A stretch of DNA of 64,000 nucleotides from Prorocentrum cordatum (GCA_963575745.1 CAUYUJ010000070.1:434001-498000), one strand, 5' to 3'. Positions 24,900 to 38,219 are shown, numbered from the stretch's first letter. The notes: generated by a model from the sequence alone, not told the origin. Program-made: numbers and translations.

Positions 24900-27560
24900 G
24901 GGCCGCCACTTCCCTCGCTGGTTTTGATTGTTTTCGGTTGTCCGTCGGTTATCCGTGGTCGCGCCTGGCCCTCGGCTGGCCCTCGGTCGCTCAGCCCCTC
25001 GGCTGCCGCTCCCCTGGCTGCTTTTTGGTTGGTTTGGGTCGTCCATGGGTTGTCCGTCGATTGCTCTGGTCGCGCCTGCCCCCCTCGGCTGGCCCTCGGT
25101 CGCTCGGTCCAGCGGCTGCCCCTTCCCTGGCTGATTTGGGTGATTTTTGGTTGTCCGTCGGTTGTCCGTCGGTTGCTCTGGTCGTGCCTGGCCCCTCGGC
25201 TGGCTCTCGGTCGCTCGGTCTCTCGTCTGCCCCTTGCTGAGCGACCGAGGGCCAGCCGAGAGCCAGGCGAGGGCACAGCAACCGACGGACAACCGGAAGA
25301 ATAACCAACACCAGCCAGCAAGGGGCTGACGATACACCGAGCGACCGAGGGCCAGCCGAGGGCCAGGCGCGACCACAGCATCCGACGGACAACCGACGGA
25401 CAACCGAAAAATTTCCAAAAACCAGCCAGGAAGGGGCAGACGAGAGACCGAGCGACCGAGGGCCAGCCAAGGGCCAGGCGCGACCACGGCAACCGACGGA
25501 CAACCGACGGAGTAACCAACACCAGCCAGCAAGGGGCTGACGAGAGACCGAGCGACCGGGGGCCAGCCGAGGGCCAGGCGCGACCACAGCAACCGACGGA
25601 CAACCGACGGAGAACCGAAAAAATACCAAAACCAGCCTAGGAGGGGCAGAGGACAGACCGAGCGACCGAGGGCCAGCCGGGGGCCTGGCGCGAACGCAGC
25701 AACCGACGGACAACCGACGGACGACCGAAAAATAACCAAAACCAGCCAGAAAGGGGGAGACGAGAGACCGAGCGACCGCGGGCCAAACGGGGGCCTGGCG
25801 CGACAACCGAAAAATAACAAAAACCAGCCAAAAGGGGGCAGACGAGAGACCGAGCGACCGAGAGCCAGCCGAGGGCCAGGCGCGACCCTGGCAACCGACG
25901 GACAACGGACGGACAACCAACCAAAAACAACAAGGGAGCGGCAGACGAGACACCGAGCGACCGAGGGCCAGCCGAGGGCCAGGCGCGACCCTGGCAACCG
26001 ACGGACAGCCAGGAAGGGGCAGACGAGAAACAGAACGACCGAGTGCCACAGCGACCCACGGACAACCGACGGACAACCACGGACAACCGCCGACAGCCAG
26101 CCAGGCAGGGGCAGACGACAGACCGAGCGACCGAGGGCCAGCCGAGGGCCAGGTGCGACCACAGCAATCGACAGACAACTGAGAAATAATCCAAACCAGC
26201 CAGGAAGGGGCAGACGAGAGACCGAGCGACCGAGGGCCAGCCGGAGCCAGGCGCGACCACGGACCACAGCAACAGACGAACAACCGACGGACAACCAAAA
26301 AATAACCAAAACCTGCCAGGAAGGGGCAGACGAGAGACCGAGCGACCGAGAGCCAGCCGAGGGCCAGGCGCGACCACAGCAACCGACGGACAACCGGAAA
26401 CATAACCAAAAACAACAAGGGAGCGGCAGACGAGCGACCGAGCGACCGAGGGCCAGCCGAGGGCCAGGCGCGACCACAGCAACCGACGGACAACCGAAAA
26501 AAAATCAAAACCAGCCTGGGAGGGGCAGACAAGAGACCGAGCGACCGACGGCCAGCTGAGGGCCAGGCGGGCCACAGCAACCGACGGACAACCGACGGAC
26601 GACCGAAAAATAACCAAAAAAAGCCAGAAAGGGGCAGACGAGAGACCGAGCGACCGCGGGCCAACTGAGGGCCAGGCGCGACCACAGCAACCGACGGACA
26701 ACCGACGGACAACCGAAAAATAACCAAAACCAGCCAAAAAGGGGCAGACGAGAGACTGAGCGACCGAGAGCCAGCCGAGGGCCAGGCGCGACCACGGCAG
26801 CTGACGGACAACCGACGGACAACCGGAAACATAACCAAAAACAACAAGGGGGCGGCAGACGAGAGACCGAGCGACCGAGGGCCAGGCACAACCATGGCAA
26901 CTGACGGACAGCCGACGGATAACCAAATAATAACCAAAACCAGCCAGTACGGGGCAGACGTGAAACCGAGCGACCGAGAGCCCGCCGACGGCAAGGCGAG
27001 ACCACCGCAACCGCTGGACAACCGACGCACAGACGAAGAATAACCATAACCAGACAGCAAGGGGCAGACGAGAGACCGAGCGACCGAGGGCCAGCCGAGG
27101 GCCAGGCGCGACCACAGCAACCGACAAACAACCGACGGACAACCGAAACAAACAACAACAAAAAAAACTGCCAGGAAGGGGCAGACCAGAGACTCGGCGA
27201 CCGGGGGCCAGCCGAGAGCCATGCGCGACCACAGCAACCGACGGACAACCGACGGACAACCGAAAAAAAAACAAAACCAGCCAGGAAGGGGCAGACGAGA
27301 GACCGAAACATAACCAAAACCAGCCAGGCAAGGAAAGACGAGAGACCGAGCGACCGAGGGCCAGCCGAGGGCCAGGCGCGACCACAGAAACCGACGGACA
27401 ACCGAAGGACAACCGAAAAATAACCAAAACCAACCAGGAAAAAGGCAGACCAGAGACCCAGCGACCGACGGCCAGCCGAGGGCCATGCGCGACCAGAGTA
27501 CCCGACGGACAACCGACGGACAACCGAAAAATAACGAAAACCAGCCAGGAAGGGGCAGCC
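24900..27560. repeat. ~110-bp satellite with an orientation switch near 25237
   Basis: Unit accgagcgaccgagggccagccgagggccaggcgcgaccacagcaaccgacggacaaccg... runs from 25238 to 27560; 24900-25236 carries its reverse complement. Confidence 0.93.
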
Positions 27561-28034
27561 GAAGACCAATGCAACCGACGGGCAAGGGAAAACAAGCCCG
27601 AACCACGAAAATCAGGCCGGAAGGGGCAACCATAAGTATTGCGCAACCATGGGACAAGAAACCGAGCGCAGAAGAAGTTGCCAGCCCCTGAAATGCCCAA
27701 ACACGCCGTGCCATAAGAAACTGGCAGGGGCTAAAACGAAAAACCAGCTTTCTTATTGACCGCCGTGGTTGTACCAACAATCATCTGGGGAAGGGACAGC
27801 CAAACCCAAGAAGTAGATTAGGGTTGCGCTGGCCCACCAAAAACCTACAAAAATATCAATTATTGAAATAGGAAGGCGCTTAAAGTAGATCTAGGAATCC
27901 AGAAATACCTACGTTCAACGACCGGCGTGTACATGTGTACGTCAATGTAGGGTATACGCGTGCGTGCGTGTCGTTATCTGGACTTCGGTCTCGATGTACG
28001 ACGGCGGTGCTGTCTGCACTTTAGCAGCGCACTA

Positions 28035-28430
28035 CTCTCGCTCTCTCTCTCTCTCTCTCTCACTCCCTCTCTCTCTCTCTCTCAATTTCTCTAACTCTCT
28101 CTTGCCCTCTTCTTTCATTGTTAACTCTCTCTCTGTCCCTCCTGTTTCTTCATTATCTCTCTCGTTCACCCCCTCTCTCCCTCTTTCTCTCGCTCTCTGT
28201 TTCTTTTTCTCTCTCTCTCTCTCTATATGTATTGTTTGTGTGTTCTCTCTCCCTCTCTCGTTCTCTCTCCCTCTCTCCATCCCTCCATCTCTCCCACTCT
28301 CTCCCTCGCTCCCACTCTCTCTCTCTCTCGCTCTCTATGTATATCGTTCTTGTGCCCTCTCTCTCTTTCTCTCTCTTTCTCTCTCTCCCTCTCTGTTATC
28401 GTTTGTCTCTGAATGTTCCTTGATCTAGGT

Positions 28431-28461
<31 letters not shown>

Positions 28462-28485
28462 CACATACATATATATATATATATA
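28035..28485. repeat. (CT)n and (AT)n microsatellites
   Basis: Direct reading. Confidence 0.95.
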
Positions 28486-28730
28486 GATGTCACCTCTCTT
28501 CTACTGTGTATGCAGCTCCTCTTATCCTGATTGCGCAGAACACGATGCGCCATATCTGAAAAATCCAGGTCCTCTATGACACGCGTCCGCCTCCCGAAGA
28601 CGGGAAGTGGCCTGCCCCCCTCCGCACAATGTGCTGTACATTGGATCTCAAAAATACCTATGTCCGATGGCTGCAATCGGAACGGTGTTTCTGCTGCAGC
28701 GCTGGCCTCATCTTAGGGTCGGCGTTTGGC

Positions 28731-28852
28731 TAAGGGGGAGGAGGAGGAGGAGGAGGAGGAGGAGGAGGAGGAGGAGGAGGAGGAGGAGGAGGAGGGGTCA
28801 GGGAGGAGGAGGAGGAGGAGGAGGAGGAGGAGGAGGAGGAGGGGGGGGCAGG
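28731..28852 (+). mobile_element. Short TAAGGGG(GAG)n-GTCAGG(GAG)n-GGGCAGG module flanked by a perfect 30-bp direct repeat
   Basis: gctggcctcatcttagggtcggcgtttggc at 28701-28730 and 28853-28882; the same module architecture recurs at 46448-46577. Confidence 0.6.
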
Positions 28853-29599
28853 GCTGGCCTCATCTTAGGGTCGGCGTTTGGCCCCCACCGTTCGGAATGG
28901 AGCTCCCGCCCCAGCACAAAGGCCGCTTTTCTCTTGATCCGAATTCGTCCTCCTCGCTGTCGGCCCGCTCCTTTCTCCTCCCACGCCCTCTCCTGGTCCT
29001 CCTGCTCCAACTCCAGCTTTCTCCTGGTCCTCCCCCGCTTCCTGGTCCTCCCCCGCTTTCTCCTGGTCCTCCCCCGCTTTCTCCTGGTCCTCCCCCGCTC
29101 CTTCCACTCCAGCTCCAACTGCTGCCGTTCGTCCTCGTCCTCCTCCTTCCTCATCCCCGCGTCTCGCCTGCTCGAACTCCTGCTCATCCGGCACCTCCTC
29201 TTCCTCCAATGTACGCAGCTCCACTTTCCGAGTCCGCACAACACAATGGGTCCTTTCTGGAATTCCGGGTCCGCTATGACACGCGTCGGCAATGGGCGTC
29301 GGGGGCACCGACGTGTTGACGCCTTCCTGAGGGTCCTGCCCTTCCGCCCTGGGCACCCAGGTGCTGATGCTGGAGCGGTCGAGGCGGAGAGACGCGTGGG
29401 TACCGCAGCAGGTTTCTTGCTGGAGCGCCGCGAGAAGGTGCCCGACGGGGGGTAGGATGTCGGATATGGCGCGAGGGAACCTGGCGTGCCCCTCGCTCCT
29501 CTCCCCTCTCCACGCACTCCCCCTCTCAAAGCGCTGGATCTGCATGCGCCTTTGGCCAGGATGGCGCGGGCGCAGACTCTCTTCTCACTTTCTGCGTAC

Positions 29600-29855
29600 C
29601 CCTCCTCCTCCTCCTCCTCCTCCTCCTCCTCCTCCTCCTCCTCCTCCTCCTCCCCTATCGTCATCCAACGTCCTCCTCCTACCTCTTGATTCCGCCCTTG
29701 CTTCCCTACTCATCCTCCCTCCTGTCTCCTCCTCCTCCTCCTCTTCCTCCTCCTCCTCCTTATCCTCCTCCTCCTCCTGCTCCTCCCTCCCGGCTCCTCC
29801 TCCTCCTCCACCTCCCCCTCAGCATCATCATCATCATCATCATCAGCATCATCAG

Positions 29856-29895
<40 letters not shown>

Positions 29896-31100
29896 GTCAT
29901 CAGCAGCAGCACCAACATCACCATCATCAGAATCATCATCATCAGCATCATCATCAGCATCATGAGTATAATCACCATTACCATCACCATCATCATCATC
30001 ATCATCATCAGCAGCAGCATCATCATCAGCATCAGCATCAGCATCACCATCATCATCAGCGACAGCATCATCAACATCAACAGCAGCATCATCGACATCA
30101 GCATCCTCATCATAATCACCACCACCACCACTACACTCTATTATCATCATCATCACCATCATCATCACCATCATCATCAGCATCACCAGCAGCATCATCA
30201 TCACTATCATAATCATCCTCATTATCATCACCATCAGCATCATCATCAGCATCACCAGCAGCAGCATCATCAACACCATCATCAGCAGCATCAGCATCAG
30301 CATCATAATCATCTGAAGCATCATCATTATCAACAGCAGCATCATCATCAGCAGCGCCATCATCATCAACATCGTCGTCATCATCATCACCATCAGCATC
30401 ATCAGAATCAGCATCGTCAGCATCATCATCGTTGTCATCATCAACATCATCGTCAGCAGCATCAGCATCATCGTCGTCGTTGCTGGCGTCATCGTAATCA
30501 TCATCATCATCAGCATCATCAGCATCATCAGCATCAGCAGCAGCAGCATCAGCATCAGCTCCATCATTATCATTGTCACCAGCACCACAATCATCATCAT
30601 GGTCAGCATCATCAGCATCATTATCAGCATCGTCATGATCAGCATCATCCGCAGCATCAGCATCATCATCGTCATCATAGTCAGCATCATCAGCAGCAGC
30701 ATCAGCATAGTCATCATCATCATCATCATCATCATCATCAGCATCATCATCATCGTCATCACAATTACCATCAGCACAACCAGCAGCACCATCAACAACA
30801 TCAACATCAACATCAGCATCAACATCAGCATCAATAGCATCATCAGCCTCTACATCAACATCAACATCACCGTCAACATCAACTTTAACATCATTTCCAA
30901 GAGGAACAGCACCCTCATCGGTATCATCAACTAAACCAGCAGTATCATCGATATCGTCATCATCGTCAGCATCATCGGCAGCAGCATCATCAGCCCCATC
31001 ATCCCTCATCTCGTCTCCATCCTTCATGCTCCCTCCTCCCAAACTCCTCCCTCCTCCCTCCTCCCTCCTCCCTCTCCCCCCATCCGTCCTCCTCCCATCA
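29600..31100. repeat. (CCT)n and long degenerate (CAT)n tract
   Basis: Direct reading. Confidence 0.95.
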
Positions 31101-31480
31101 TTCCACCATCATCCTTGTCTTCATGCCACCCCTCCCTCTCCCCATGCCCCCCATCCCCTTCCACATGCCTCTCCTCCATTGTTCCCGCGTTTCACTGGAT
31201 CGCATCTTCTCCCTGCCTTTCCCGTATTCGTTGGGGATGAGGGCAACGAGGGGGATAAGGAGGGAGGAAAGGGGAAATGCCACCATGACGTTCTGACAAT
31301 GGTGGTGTGCTCCGTTGGGGGATGGTGATCATCAAGGGGGATTGTCCTTCACCGGCTCCGCGCGCGGCTTCCAAGGGGAGGCCGTCCATAGCGGACAACA
31401 GGGCACGGAGGAGGGGTCGAAGAGCACTGAGAACTGCATGCTTTTGGAAGCTGAGTGTTTTTGGGCGCCGAAACTGATAT

Positions 31481-32673
31481 CAGAGAGAGCGTGATCCACC
31501 GCCGCTTTACTGTGGAAAATTGCCCCCCTCTTCCTCCGGAACCCCGGGGTCCTCCCCCCCCCCCTTCCGAAAATCCCCCCCCTGCTGGACCCCCCCCCCG
31601 CCCCCCCCCCCCCTCCCCTCCCCCGGCACCCCCCCCCTCTCCCCCCCCCTACCCCCCCCCCCCTCTCGGAAACCGCGGGGGGTTCACTACTGGTTCGAAC
31701 CCCTCCCCCCCCCACCGAAAACCCGGGGGGTCACTACCGGTTCGAACCCCCCCCCCCTCGAAAACCGGAGGGGGGGTCACTACCGGTTCGAACCCCTCCC
31801 CACCCACCCCACTCACCGCCAGCAAACGACTCCCGGTCCCTACCACCGTCCGCACCACATCCCCCACTGTTGTTCCCAGCACCACTGTCCTCACCACCAC
31901 TGTCCCCGCTGGTTCCACCACCGTCCCTACTGTCCCCACCAGTGCCTCCCACCACTGTCGCACTGTCCCCACTGTCCCCACCACTGTTCCCACCACGGTT
32001 CCACTCTCCCCACTTTCTCCACGGCCCCAACCACTGCCCGACTATCCCCACTGTCCCCACTGTCCCACTGACTCCTCCGCTGTCCCACTGAGCTGTCCCA
32101 CTGTTCCCACCACTGTCCCCACTGTCCCCACCACTGTCCCCACTGTACCTCTGTCCCATTGTCCCACCGCCGTCCTCGCCACCGCCTTCACCACTGTCCC
32201 CACCACCACTGTACCCTCCACTGTCCCACTGTTTCCCACCTCCCCCTGTCCCCACACCACTGTCCCCACCACCACCGTCCCCACCACTGTCCACTGTCCC
32301 CACTGTTCCCACCATTGTCCTCACCACTGTCCCCACCACTACAGTCCCCACCACTGTCCCACTGTCCCCACCACTGTCCCGCTGTCCCCTCACCACTGTC
32401 CCCACCACCACCGTCCCCACCACTGTCCGCACCCCCCCTCGGTTTTCGAGGGGGGGGGGTTCGAACAGTAGTGACCCCCCCGGTTTTCGAAGGGGGGGGG
32501 GGTTCGAACCATTAGTGACCCCCCCCTTTTCATGATGAACTGGGGGAGGGGGGGGAAGGGGTTCGAACCGGTAGTGACCCCCCCCGGTTTTCCGGAGGGG
32601 GGGGGGGGAGGGGTTCGAACCGGTAGTGACCCCCCCGGTTTTCCGCCAGCAGCGGTAGAACACGCTCTTTCTG
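31481..32673. mobile_element. 1.2-kb foldback/MITE-like element with CAG...CTG ends, ATAT on both flanks and an internal ccactgtccc minisatellite
   Basis: Terminal IR matches at 22/26. Subterminal ggggtcactaccggttcgaacccc repeats (31670-31800) are inverted at 32440-32640. ATAT lies at 31477-31480 and 32674-32677. Confidence 0.85.
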
Positions 32674-32979
32674 ATATCCACAGAGAGTATTAGCCAGCGC
32701 GGGCTCCAAACAGTGCGCGTCTAGAAACATTGCCGTGCCATGTACGTTGCGCAACCTTCGTGGTGCAGTTCATGGTGTGCAATGTGGGTGGTGTCATCTA
32801 CGATGTGCAATATATGATGTGTAACATGTGTGGTGCAATCTACGTGGTGCCTTATGCGATGTACGATATGCGGTGTGCAGTATTCCCCAATCAGAGCTTG
32901 CTTCTGTAGGGGTCCTATCGGATGATTCATATGGTTAGGTGAGGTTTGCCACCGATTTCCGCGGCCCGCCCAGGTTCCC

Positions 32980-33620
32980 AAGTGCCCAGGTGCCCAGGTG
33001 CCTGGGTGTTCGGGTGCCTGGGTGCCTTATAGCTCTATAGCCCTATAGCCCTATAGCCCAATAGCCCTACAGCTCTGTGGCCCTACAGCCCTATAGCCCT
33101 ATACCTTATAGCCCTATAGCCCCATCGCCCAATAGCCCTACAGCCCTACAGCCTTATAGCCCAATTGCCCTCTTGCCCTATAGCCCTATCGCCCTAGAGC
33201 CCAATAGCCCTATAGCCCTAGAGCCCTATAGCCCTATAGCCCCATAGCACAATTACCCTAAAGCCCCATAGCCCTATGGCCCTATAGTCTTATAGCCAAA
33301 AAACCCAATAGCCCTATAGACCTATAGCCCCACATCCCTATAACCCCATAGCCTTATAGCCCTATAGCCCATAGCCCTATAGTTCCAAAGCCCTATAGAA
33401 TCATAGCCCTAAGGCCCTAAAGCCCAGGAGCCCCATAGCCCCTGAGCCACATAGCCCTATAGCCCTATGGCCCTATGGCCCTATGGCCCTATAGCCCTAT
33501 AGCCCTATAGCCCTATAGCCCTATAGACCCAAAGCCCTGTGACACAACAACCCTATAGTTCCATAGTCCTATAGCCCCGTAGCCCCATCGCCGGATAGCC
33601 CAATAGTTCCAGAGCCCTAG
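32980..33620. repeat. 8-bp minisatellite (ATAGCCCT)n preceded by (GGTGCCCA/T)n
   Basis: Direct reading. Confidence 0.93.
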
Positions 33621-33889
33621 ACAGACCTTGAGTCGGGCTTTTGTCCCTTATCATTCGTCGTGTAATACAGGCTTGCGCAATGTATGTAGACCGTGTTTGC
33701 GGTGCACCTGTATGTAGTGCAAGCTATGTGGTGCGGTGTATGTTGTGAAGACTATTTCGTGACTGTGTATATATGGGTCAAAGTATATGCTGTAATATAC
33801 GTGGTGCCAAATATGCTGTACGCAATAAATGTTGTGCAATGCATGTGGAGCTATCTATATGGTGCTTGTCACCCTGTCGGATTTGCCAA

Positions 33890-35480
33890 CGCCACTGCTC
33901 GCGCAATCACCCCACCCACCCACCGGCAGCTTGCTTTTTGTAAAACCCACAAGGCGGTAATTGCGATCTCTGCTTGGCGTGGGTTGGCGCATCACGGCGG
34001 CCGCGCTAGCGCACGGAGGCTAACGTTCAAAGCGGCCAGCTAGTCTGGCGCGACCGACGCGGCCGCGGCGGCGCTGCCCGCTGGAGATTTCCCAAGCGCG
34101 TCTCGCAGGCCGTGCGGACGCGCGGGCACTTCAGTGCGAGTCGGTGACCCGGACGGGCGCGATATCATGGCGACGTTGACAACGGCAGACACGATGATGC
34201 TGGTAGCGATGCTGGAAACGACGATGACGATGACGGCAAGGCCAAGGATGGCGCCGATGCTGGTCATACCGATGGCGATGATGGTGTCCTCGCGTCGGTG
34301 ATGAAGGATGGGGGGGCATTTCGCCATGCGAGCGCGGCCGACGCGCGCGAGTGGCCCGCATGGCATGATTTGACAGGGATCGCGCCCCCCCACTCCCAGC
34401 ACGCACGAAAGGGCGTTCCAATGACTCCGACACGCGCGCGCGAGAGGCCCATTTGGTCGCATCTGATAAGCATGTTGAAGAACCGACGGTTGTCTTCAAC
34501 ATTCGCGATAGCGCGCGCAGACTTCTTTGAAAACTCAGGTTGCACCACTAATTCGTTTTATGTGTTTCGGGACATTCGGTTTGAAATCCCTACGGGGCCG
34601 AAGGATTCGTGATAAACATTTGCGCGCGCGCAGAATCAAATGTAAATTGCAATACAAAGAGGCGAACGGATCATCCCGGAGGTGGGTGGGGGTGGTATCT
34701 AATTTTTTGAAGTAAAAAGCCTATGTGGGGCAGTCCACGTTGCAAAATGTATGCTTGCAGTCAACGTTGTGCAATCTACGTGGAGCAACCTATGTGGTGC
34801 ACATAGTTTCTGTTCGCTATGAATTGTCAAGGACTGCTCGCGCAATCATCCCACCCACCCACCCGCAACTTGGTTTGAAAACCCACAAGGCGGTAATTGT
34901 GATGCCTCTCTGGCGCTGGTTGGCGCATCGCGGCGGCCGCGCTAGCGCGCGCAGGCTCGCGGGCAGAGCGGCCAGCTAGTCTGACGCGACCGACGCGGCC
35001 GCGGTGGCGCTGACCGTTAGGGACTTCCCAAACGTGTACCGCAGGCCGCGCCTGGCACCGTCGAAAACGGCAAACACGATGATGATAGCATCGATCCTAG
35101 TGGCGGCGATGACGATGAGGACGGCGAGGCAAAGGACGGCGCCGATGCTGATCACGCCGATGACGATGATGGTGTCCACGCGTCGGTGATGAAAGTTGTG
35201 GAAGGATTTCGACATGCGCGCGCGGCCAACGCGTGCGAGTGGCCCGCATGATATTATTCGGCAGGGATCGTGACCCCCCCAAACACGCGCGCAAGGGCGT
35301 TCGAATAAGTTCGACATGCGCGCGCGAGAGGCCCACTCAGTCGCGTTTGGTGAGCATGTTGAACAACTATGTCTTGCAACAAGAATTCGCAAGAGCGCGC
35401 GCGCAGACCTTTTTCCGAAAACGGTTGTTGCAAAATGCTGTGTTCTGATATGTGTTCGAAGCACTCGATTTTGAAATCCT
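33890..35480. repeat. Diverged direct duplication, ~940-bp period
   Basis: actgctcgcgcaatca...aaaacccacaaggcggtaattg...gcggccagctagtctg occurs near 33894 and 34833. Confidence 0.85.
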
Positions 35481-35914
35481 CACGTCATCTGATGCGTTTG
35501 AATGGGGTCCGACATGCGCGCGCGACGACGCGTTGTTGCAAGGGATTCTCGAAAACTGCGAATATTTGATGAACGAATGTGCCCGCGCAGTGTTTCTGTG
35601 GATGGTGGGCGTAGGGGGTCGAACCCGGTCTGGCCAGGATGGTCTGGTTTCATCTCAAGAACGAACGATGGTACAGAAGCATACATACATTGCATATCCC
35701 CAGGGCGGGGGGGGCAAACTGGGGTGGGTGGGAAGATCCTGATTCCCTCTTAGACAGAAAAATCCGCCGCCCCCTGTCGATTCATCGCAGGATGCCTGGC
35801 GTGCTGGATCCTCTCGGTTCTGGTTTTGGTTCTGTTCCAGAAGAACTCCCCCTGGGCCTCCGGCGCGTCCCGCCAGCCACCCGGAAAGTTCCCAATCCGG
35901 AGAAAATTCTCCAA

Positions 35915-36720
35915 GATGGCTCAAGATGGCTCAAGATGGCCACGTTGGCCCAAGATGGCCTCCGAGATGGTCCAAGATGGCCTCCAAGTTCGCCCAAGAT
36001 GGTAAGACGGCCTCCAAGTCGGCCCAAGATGGTCCAAGACGGCCCAAGACGGCCCAAGAGGCCCCCCGGAGGCCTCCAAAACGGCCAAAGAGGCCTCCCG
36101 AGAGGTCCTCCACTCAGGAGGGCCCGAAGAGACCAAAATTATTGATTGTCCCTAGGTCTTTGAAGGATTTTGGCATTCGCTTCTTCTCGGCATTCCGACG
36201 GCTCAAGACGGCCCAAGGGGACCCCAAGATCGCCCCAAGATCGCCCAAGAGGGCTCCAAGAGGGCCCCATGACGGTCCAAGAGGCTCCCAAGACGGCCCC
36301 ACGAGGGCCCCAAGACGGCCCAAGAGACCTCCAAGACGCCCAAGATGGCCTCCAAGACGGCCCTGAAGCGCCCCAAGAGGGCCCCAAGTCGGTTCAGAGA
36401 GGCCCCCAAGACGGCTCCCGACGGCGTCAGACGGGCCAGGAGCCCACCAAGATGGCCGAAGTTGGCTCAAAGCTGGCCCAAGACGGCCCAAGAGGCCTCC
36501 AAGAGGGCCCCCAGGAAGGCCAGAAAAGGCCAAAAACACGAATGTTCCATAGTTGTTTTTTTAAGGAATTTGACATTTGCTTCTTTTCGGCCTTCCGACG
36601 GCCCGATACGGCCCAAAAGCCCCCAAAGATCGGCCAAAGAACCCCCAATATGCCTCCAAGATGGCCCCAGAACGGCCCAAGAGGCCCCCAAGACGGCCCC
36701 AAGAGGCCCCCAAGACAGCG
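35915..36720 (-). repeat. Degenerate (GGCCCCAAGA)-type ~10-11 bp repeat block
   Basis: Direct reading; reverse complement of the 130-400 family. Confidence 0.85.
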
Positions 36721-38219
36721 ACGAGGCGGCGACGGGGCGGCGGCGGCGGCGACAACATAGCCGCCAGTCCGACAGACAGGCCCAGTTACGGGCAGAGGCA
36801 AAGCGGCGACGGGGCGGCGACGGCGACAACATAGCCGCCAGACCGACAGTCGGGCCAACTTCCGTAGACCAGAAGCAAGAGCCCCTAAGTGCAAACATTA
36901 TTTGGGGAACGACTGTCTGGAGGGATCCGAACTCGACTCCGAAACAGTGCGTGTGTGTGCGGAGGTCGAGGCTTGAGACGGCTGCGCGTGTTGTTCCGAT
37001 TTCGACTTCCATCAAGCACGCAACTCTCTCGGTAGGGATCCCGAGCAGGCAAGGAAGCCATCGCCTCGCGTGGCTCAGGAGCTCCCGCGCGGAGTCCGCG
37101 GCAACCGCCGCGGGGCCCATGCGACGCATGGCGCGGCGGCCGCGCGGGGCTACGTCGCCGCCATGGCGCGGCCCACCGCTAGTACCCGCGGGGTGGCTGA
37201 CAGTGCTCGGCGGCAGAGACGTCGCATGGCAATCGTCCTGCGCGCGCCAGTGAGAGAGGCCGAGAGCGTGCTTCAAACCCTGGCGCATCCTGGCGCATCC
37301 TTGCGTGTATCGCTTGGGATGGCGCCATGCATACCTCGATTGTGTGGCTTGGGTGCGGGGCAAAGGCCCTTGGGCATGTTTGGCTTTTTTGCAGAGAGCA
37401 GATAGCACGAGAAGGGAAAGAGAGAGAGGGGGGGGGAAAGAATGAGAGAGAGAGAGAAAAAGACATATATAGATGTGTATATAATATATACAGAGATAGA
37501 GAGACAGAGACAGAGAGAGGGAGAGAGCGAGAGAGAAAGAGAGAGAGAGAGAGGGCAAAAGAGAGTCCGCGGCCACTGTGGCACAAGGCTGCGCAGCCGC
37601 CCCTGCGTACTCTAGTCGGGCGGTGCCCGCGCCTCACCCAGCGCATACCGCCGCGCCCCAGCCGACAGCGCCAGGCCCCTGGAGCTCCGTGTTCCCTCCT
37701 GCTCCTCCTCTCCCCCGTCCACCAGGAGGTCGCGCGGCTGGGCTGGGCTTCAAGTCCCAAGGGTAAGAGTACAGACGTGTCCGTGCGGCCGCACGGAAAG
37801 ATGCACGGCTGTGGATCAGACAAAGACGGCATGTTGATTGCACTTTTTGTCCAAGCAAGGAGACGGGGACCGTGATAGGAGTGAAGGAGGCCAAGCGTGT
37901 CCCAAACCCTGGAAGCCCGACTGCCTACCTCGACCTCCAGGGCAGTTCTGCGGCTGCATTTGCAGAACGTACAACTGCAATTCAAAGCTTGTGAGCTTCA
38001 ACGCGCAGTCTCTATGGCACGCGTGAAACAACAAGACGAAAGTCTCAAGCTCCCCTCAGGCGGAAGGAAAGGAGGAAGAAGAGTGGGGGAGGAGACAAAG
38101 GTGGACGGGGGAACTGGGAGTCCACAGCCCCAGAGGTCTCTGGAGTTCTCTGACGGTCACTGCGGGCGTCCCCCCAGAGGTACGTCCAAAATTTTCGGCC
38201 CTCGAACCTCCAACGCCGA

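Noticed and set aside
24543..27780. Very long ORFs (644-929 aa)
   Set aside because: They are translations of the 110-bp satellite, open in several frames with no domain motifs.
23006..31042. Poly-Asp/His/Met/Ile ORFs
   Set aside because: (CAT)n tracts are open in multiple frames; no evidence of coding.
33020..33620. Interstitial telomere
   Set aside because: The unit is ATAGCCCT, not the TTTAGGG repeat reported for dinoflagellates.
36870..38040. Possible host exons (also 24090-24700, 50650-50975 and 51340-51420)
   Set aside because: These are unique-looking stretches, but I can recognise no domain or consistent splice structure.
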